Translations under genes and position numbers: made by a program
Notes under the pieces: model-generated
Told to the model about the DNA's origin: nothing
Database searches by the model: none
Seen by the model: only the letters and a program-made list of their open reading frames with translations
Origin: an uncultured Gammaproteobacteria bacterium
Lineage (GTDB): Bacteria > Patescibacteriota > Patescibacteriia > XYB2-FULL-38-15
Assembly (NCBI GenBank): GCA_965231095.1
Contig: OZ246416.1
Span: 50,938-114,937, forward strand
Length of the DNA stretch: 64,000 bases
Direction: 5' to 3'
Part shown: positions 60,600 through 64,000 of the stretch, in pieces
How the letters are laid out: each line of letters opens with the position of its first letter
Position numbering within the stretch: the stretch's first letter is position 1

Positions 60600-60833
60600 A
60601 TGTGTTTTGGTGTCCCTTGTAAAATTGAAAAAGTAAATAAAAATAAAGCCACCATAAAAAATGGCGGCAAAGTTTTTGATATAGACACCTCGCTCTTGCC
60701 AAAAATAAAAAAAAATGATTGGATATTGGTGCAGGGCAATATTGGAATGAAGCAAATATCGGAGGATGAAGCAAAAAGTTGCCTTGCCGTTTTGGACGAA
60801 TTCCAAAGTAAAGAGGGGAAGGGAGGACTGTGA
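60600..60833 (+). CDS. hypC: [NiFe]-hydrogenase maturation chaperone HypC/HupF family
   Basis: N-terminal MCFGVPCKI (MCxxxP signature), ~77 aa. Confidence 0.75.
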   Translation: MCFGVPCKIEKVNKNKATIKNGGKVFDIDTSLLPKIKKNDWILVQGNIGMKQISEDEAKSCLAVLDEFQSKEGKGGL

Positions 60834-61567
60834 TGGAGAGAACATACGCAAGAGCGGCGCGCTACGCGCTCTATCCGAACATGCTCGGGCTTTGCGGGCC
60901 GCGCGGAAGGGGCAAGGAAAAACTCTACGAGTATTTGACTCTCAAGACCAAGGTGGACGACCAAGAGGCGAGGGAATTACTCGAGCAATTCACCGCGGCC
61001 ACGGCCTACATGAAACTGATTGCCGCGGCAAACGAGATTCCGGACTGGCTGGATCCGAGGGTGGTTGACGCCTACTGGATTGGAAACGACCTTTTGAACC
61101 TTGTCCGCGCCGAGGATCTGAAGGAATTGATCCATGGTCTCGTTCTAGCAGGAAAGCTTGCCGAGTCCGCGGCGGAAGAAGCGATTGCCCGTGTCCACCG
61201 CGATCATCGTCCGCACCATAGCTTCCATGTTTTTGTGATCGGCGGACTTTCCGGCCAAGTGGAGCGCGGGTCAATCGGCTGGGAACTTTGCCGTATCGGC
61301 TGGGGGACGGTCGCCCGCGTCAAGCATGACGGCAACCTCACAGTTTTGGCAGAGTCTTTGTTGCAAAAGGGCGGCAAGATTTTTCCTGAACTTGAGGGAG
61401 TGGAAAGAGAGCGGCTCATCAGGCGCGACCGGGAACTTTTCCCACGCGTTTCCTCTGGTGACCTCGTTGCTTTCCACTGGGGCAGAGTGGTTGAAATTAT
61501 TGACCACGACGCAGCACGGCGGCTGGACTATTGGACCGAACGGACGCTCCGGCACTGCAGACTGTAG
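60833..61567 (+). CDS. GC-rich island F: hypothetical 244-aa protein inserted in the hydrogenase cluster directly after hypC
   Basis: ~60% GC; SD AAGGGAGG; start overlaps hypC stop (gtgATGg); terminator 61593-61625 AGACTAGCttttaggGGCTAGTCttttttt. Confidence 0.55.
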   Translation: MERTYARAARYALYPNMLGLCGPRGRGKEKLYEYLTLKTKVDDQEARELLEQFTAATAYMKLIAAANEIPDWLDPRVVDAYWIGNDLLNLVRAEDLKELIHGLVLAGKLAESAAEEAIARVHRDHRPHHSFHVFVIGGLSGQVERGSIGWELCRIGWGTVARVKHDGNLTVLAESLLQKGGKIFPELEGVERERLIRRDRELFPRVSSGDLVAFHWGRVVEIIDHDAARRLDYWTERTLRHCRL

Positions 61568-61592
61568 AAAAAATCCATCGCAAACGTTTTCG

Positions 61593-61625
61593 GAGACTAG
61601 CTTTTAGGGGCTAGTCTTTTTTTGT
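61593..61625 (+). terminator. intrinsic terminator of island F
   Basis: GAGACTAGCttttagggGCTAGTCTttttttgtg. Confidence 0.65.
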
Positions 61626-61676
61626 GAATAAAAAATTCCGCCGAAGCGGATTTTTATTTTTGATATTTAATTTTTT

Positions 61677-62309
61677 TTAAAGTTTTTTTATAAGATTAAT
61701 TACTTCATCGTCGGTCGTCTGGCCAAATTCTTCGTAAAAAGATCCGACGGCGCCGAAAAAGGCCGGAGCTTCAAGATAAATTATTTCGTGAACTTCTTTT
61801 TTTATCAATTCCGCCGCTTCCGGCGAAGTGATAGGAGTGGCGACAATAATTTTTGCCGCGCCCATTTTTTCCACAGATTTTATTGCCGCGCGCATCGTAA
61901 GCCCGGTTGCCAGGCCGTCGTCAACAATAATGGCGGTTTTATTTTTCAGATCAAACGGCGAACGCGAACCTCGGTATAATTTTAACCGTCGCCCTGCTTC
62001 GACTTTTTCTTTTTCAATTTCATTTTGTAAATAAGATTCAGTTATTCCGTAAGCGCCGACTGTCATTTCGTCAAAAACTCCTTCGCCAGTCTCGGTAATG
62101 GCGCCGATCGCAAATTCGGGATTTCCCGGCGCGCCGATTTTTCGGGGGACAACAATATCCATCGGCAAGTTCAATTTTTTTGCCACTTCATACCCGACAA
62201 CAACTCCGCCTCTTGGCAAGGCCATGATTACGGTATTTGCCGCGTTTTTAAATTTTTCCAGCGCTTCAGCCAATTTTTGGCCTGCTTCCACGCGATTTTT
62301 GAATAACAT
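61677..62309 (-). CDS. type I phosphoribosyltransferase domain protein
   Basis: PRPP-binding motif TAIIVDDGLATGLTMRAA; start set at MLFKNRVEAG. Confidence 0.7.
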   Translation of the reverse strand: MLFKNRVEAGQKLAEALEKFKNAANTVIMALPRGGVVVGYEVAKKLNLPMDIVVPRKIGAPGNPEFAIGAITETGEGVFDEMTVGAYGITESYLQNEIEKEKVEAGRRLKLYRGSRSPFDLKNKTAIIVDDGLATGLTMRAAIKSVEKMGAAKIIVATPITSPEAAELIKKEVHEIIYLEAPAFFGAVGSFYEEFGQTTDDEVINLIKKL

Positions 62310-62357
62310 ATTAATAAATAATAGCAGTTTTAAACATTCCGTAAAAGTGCTATAATA

Positions 62358-63125
62358 ATGAAACATATGCCGAAGCCAACATTAGCCATTGCCAGCATGA
62401 CTTGTTGTGAAGGTTGTCAGGTGGAAATTTTGAATTTAGGGAAAAGGTTATTGGACATTTTCCAGGTTTTTGATTTAGGAAATTTTTCCTGGGCAGAAGA
62501 AAAGCGCGAACGGCCAAGTTATGACATCGCTGTGGTTGAGGGCACGCCGCTTACGGAAGAGGATATAAAATATTTAAAAGAATTAAGAAAAAAATCAAAA
62601 ATTTTGGTGGCGATTGGGAGTTGCGCCCATTTGGGCGGAGTTCAGGAAATAAAAAATTACGCCGAAAAAAATAAAGATGAAAAAGTAAAATACGTTTATC
62701 CAAAATATCAGCGGATACAAAATCCGACGGTCGTGCCGGTTTGGAAAGTGGTGAAAGTTGATTATACCGTGCCGTGCTGTCCGATTGATAAAGATGAATT
62801 TTTTCGGGTGATTTCAGATATTGCTTTTGGGCGCGCGCCGCGGATTCCTCTTCGACCGGTGTGTTTTGAGTGCCAGACACAAGGATATGAGTGTCTTTTG
62901 CAAAAAGGGGAGCCGTGTCTTGGGCCAATTACGATCGGCGGTTGCAAAGCGATTTGTTTACGCAGTAAAAGATTTTGCTACGGTTGCCGCGGACCGCTCG
63001 CTGGAGCCGGATCGCAAATTAAAAAACATCTGCGGAATTTAGAAAAATTAGTTGGGAAAAAATATCTCGCCGAAATTATGGAAACCTACGGCGCGGAAGA
63101 CGATTTTTTACGAATTGAAAAATAA
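62358..63125 (+). CDS. [NiFe]-hydrogenase small subunit (sulfhydrogenase delta-like)
   Basis: TCCEGCQV proximal cluster motif, GSCAHLGG, CPIDKDEF, C-terminal Cys cluster. Confidence 0.75.
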   Translation: MKHMPKPTLAIASMTCCEGCQVEILNLGKRLLDIFQVFDLGNFSWAEEKRERPSYDIAVVEGTPLTEEDIKYLKELRKKSKILVAIGSCAHLGGVQEIKNYAEKNKDEKVKYVYPKYQRIQNPTVVPVWKVVKVDYTVPCCPIDKDEFFRVISDIAFGRAPRIPLRPVCFECQTQGYECLLQKGEPCLGPITIGGCKAICLRSKRFCYGCRGPLAGAGSQIKKHLRNLEKLVGKKYLAEIMETYGAEDDFLRIEK

Positions 63126-63126
63126 T

Positions 63127-64000
63127 ATGAAAATCAAAATAAGCCATCTTGCCAAAATTGAAGGGCACGCCAGTTTTTTTGCTGATATGCTCGCCGGTGA
63201 TATTCGTAACGCCAAATTAAAAATTACGATTGGTGCGCGGTTGATTGAGTCAATAATTTTAAATCGGAATTATATTGAAACGCCGATTGTGACGTCGCGA
63301 ATTTGCGGCATATGTTCCGTGGCGCACAATATCACGAGTATCAAGGCGATTGAAAACGCCCTTGGCGTGAAAATTAATCCGCAAATTGAACGGCTCCGAA
63401 AAGTTTTGGTCCTCGCCGAGCCGATTCAAAGTCATGCGGCTCATCTTTTCTTTTTGTCCTTGTCTGATTTTTTTAAATATGAAAGCGACGTTGATTTGAT
63501 AAAAAAATATCCTGACCTCGCCAAAAAAATAATTTTAATTCGTGATTTTGGGAATAAAATAAAAGATGTGGTCGGCGGGCGGGATATGCACATGATTGTG
63601 ACGGAAATTGGGGGATTTAGAAGAGTGCTCGATGATAAAATTATTCAAGGATTAATTAATGAAACTGAAGGCGTGCTTGAAGCAGCGATTGGTGCGGCGA
63701 AATTTTTTCGGGCGCTTAATTATCCAAAATATGAAAGAAAAGTTGAATTTGCCGGATTGGTTGCGTCGCGGGAGTACGCGTTTTATGATGGCATGGTTGG
63801 ATCAAATATGGGATCAGCTCGCCCCGTGAAGAAATTTTATAAAGAACTTGCGGAAAAACAAACGACCAATGATCCGACCAAGCGCGCGAGCCATCTTGGA
63901 AAAAGTTTTATGCCCGGGGCGATTGCGCGGCTGAATTTGAGCCATAAATTTTTAAATCCCGAGGCAAAAAAGTTTTTGTCATTTTTTGAAAAACCAAACG
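63127..64000 (+). CDS. [NiFe]-hydrogenase large subunit (sulfhydrogenase alpha-like), 3' truncated by window end
   Basis: N-terminal Ni-binding RICGICSVAH (RxCGxCxxxH) motif. Confidence 0.8.
   Translation, partial: MKIKISHLAKIEGHASFFADMLAGDIRNAKLKITIGARLIESIILNRNYIETPIVTSRICGICSVAHNITSIKAIENALGVKINPQIERLRKVLVLAEPIQSHAAHLFFLSLSDFFKYESDVDLIKKYPDLAKKIILIRDFGNKIKDVVGGRDMHMIVTEIGGFRRVLDDKIIQGLINETEGVLEAAIGAAKFFRALNYPKYERKVEFAGLVASREYAFYDGMVGSNMGSARPVKKFYKELAEKQTTNDPTKRASHLGKSFMPGAIARLNLSHKFLNPEAKKFLSFFEKPN

Overview
AT-rich (~38% GC) bacterial window whose gene content and order look like a Candidate Phyla Radiation / Patescibacteria-type reduced genome. Recognisable genes include tandem tRNA-Ser and a tRNA-Arg, recG, mpg, radA, htpX-lemA, a phosphohexomutase, murI, rseP, pheS-pheT, dnaE, thrS, a PP2C phosphatase, miaB, miaA, gatB, a dNMP/dTMP-metabolism block (tmk-like, folA, thyA, dcd, dCMP deaminase), rplA, rplK-nusG-secE, gyrB, rodA/ftsW, rplY, prmC, prfA, rpmE, rpsB-tsf, gap, and a group-3b-like [NiFe] sulfhydrogenase operon (hydB-hydG...hypC...hydD-hydA). 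Native promoters are mostly extended -10 elements (TGnTAnAAT) with weak or no Shine-Dalgarno. The main anomaly is at least eight short GC-rich (~55-65% GC) islands inserted at intergenic positions, at ~26.6, 28.5-29.3, 38.7-38.9, 42.6-43.7, 49.6-51.5, 52.9-53.3 and 60.8-61.6 kb plus a small element near 38.1 kb. Each is a self-contained cassette with a TTGACA-N16-19 sigma70-type promoter, a strong GGAGG Shine-Dalgarno, an unrecognisable small protein or small operon, and a hairpin terminator. Several share short palindromic motifs (TCCGA..TCGGA; GATCCCRTGCGGTC). The largest island splits the normally adjacent prfA-prmC pair and carries a divergent promoter with palindromic -35 boxes, two proteins and a ~320-nt GC-rich non-coding RNA candidate. 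The host genome is also full of short dispersed and tandem repeats (AAAGTCAAAA family upstream of housekeeping genes, inverted repeats flanking an EamA transporter, in-frame tandem repeats inside miaB and prmC, GC-rich REP-like palindromes).
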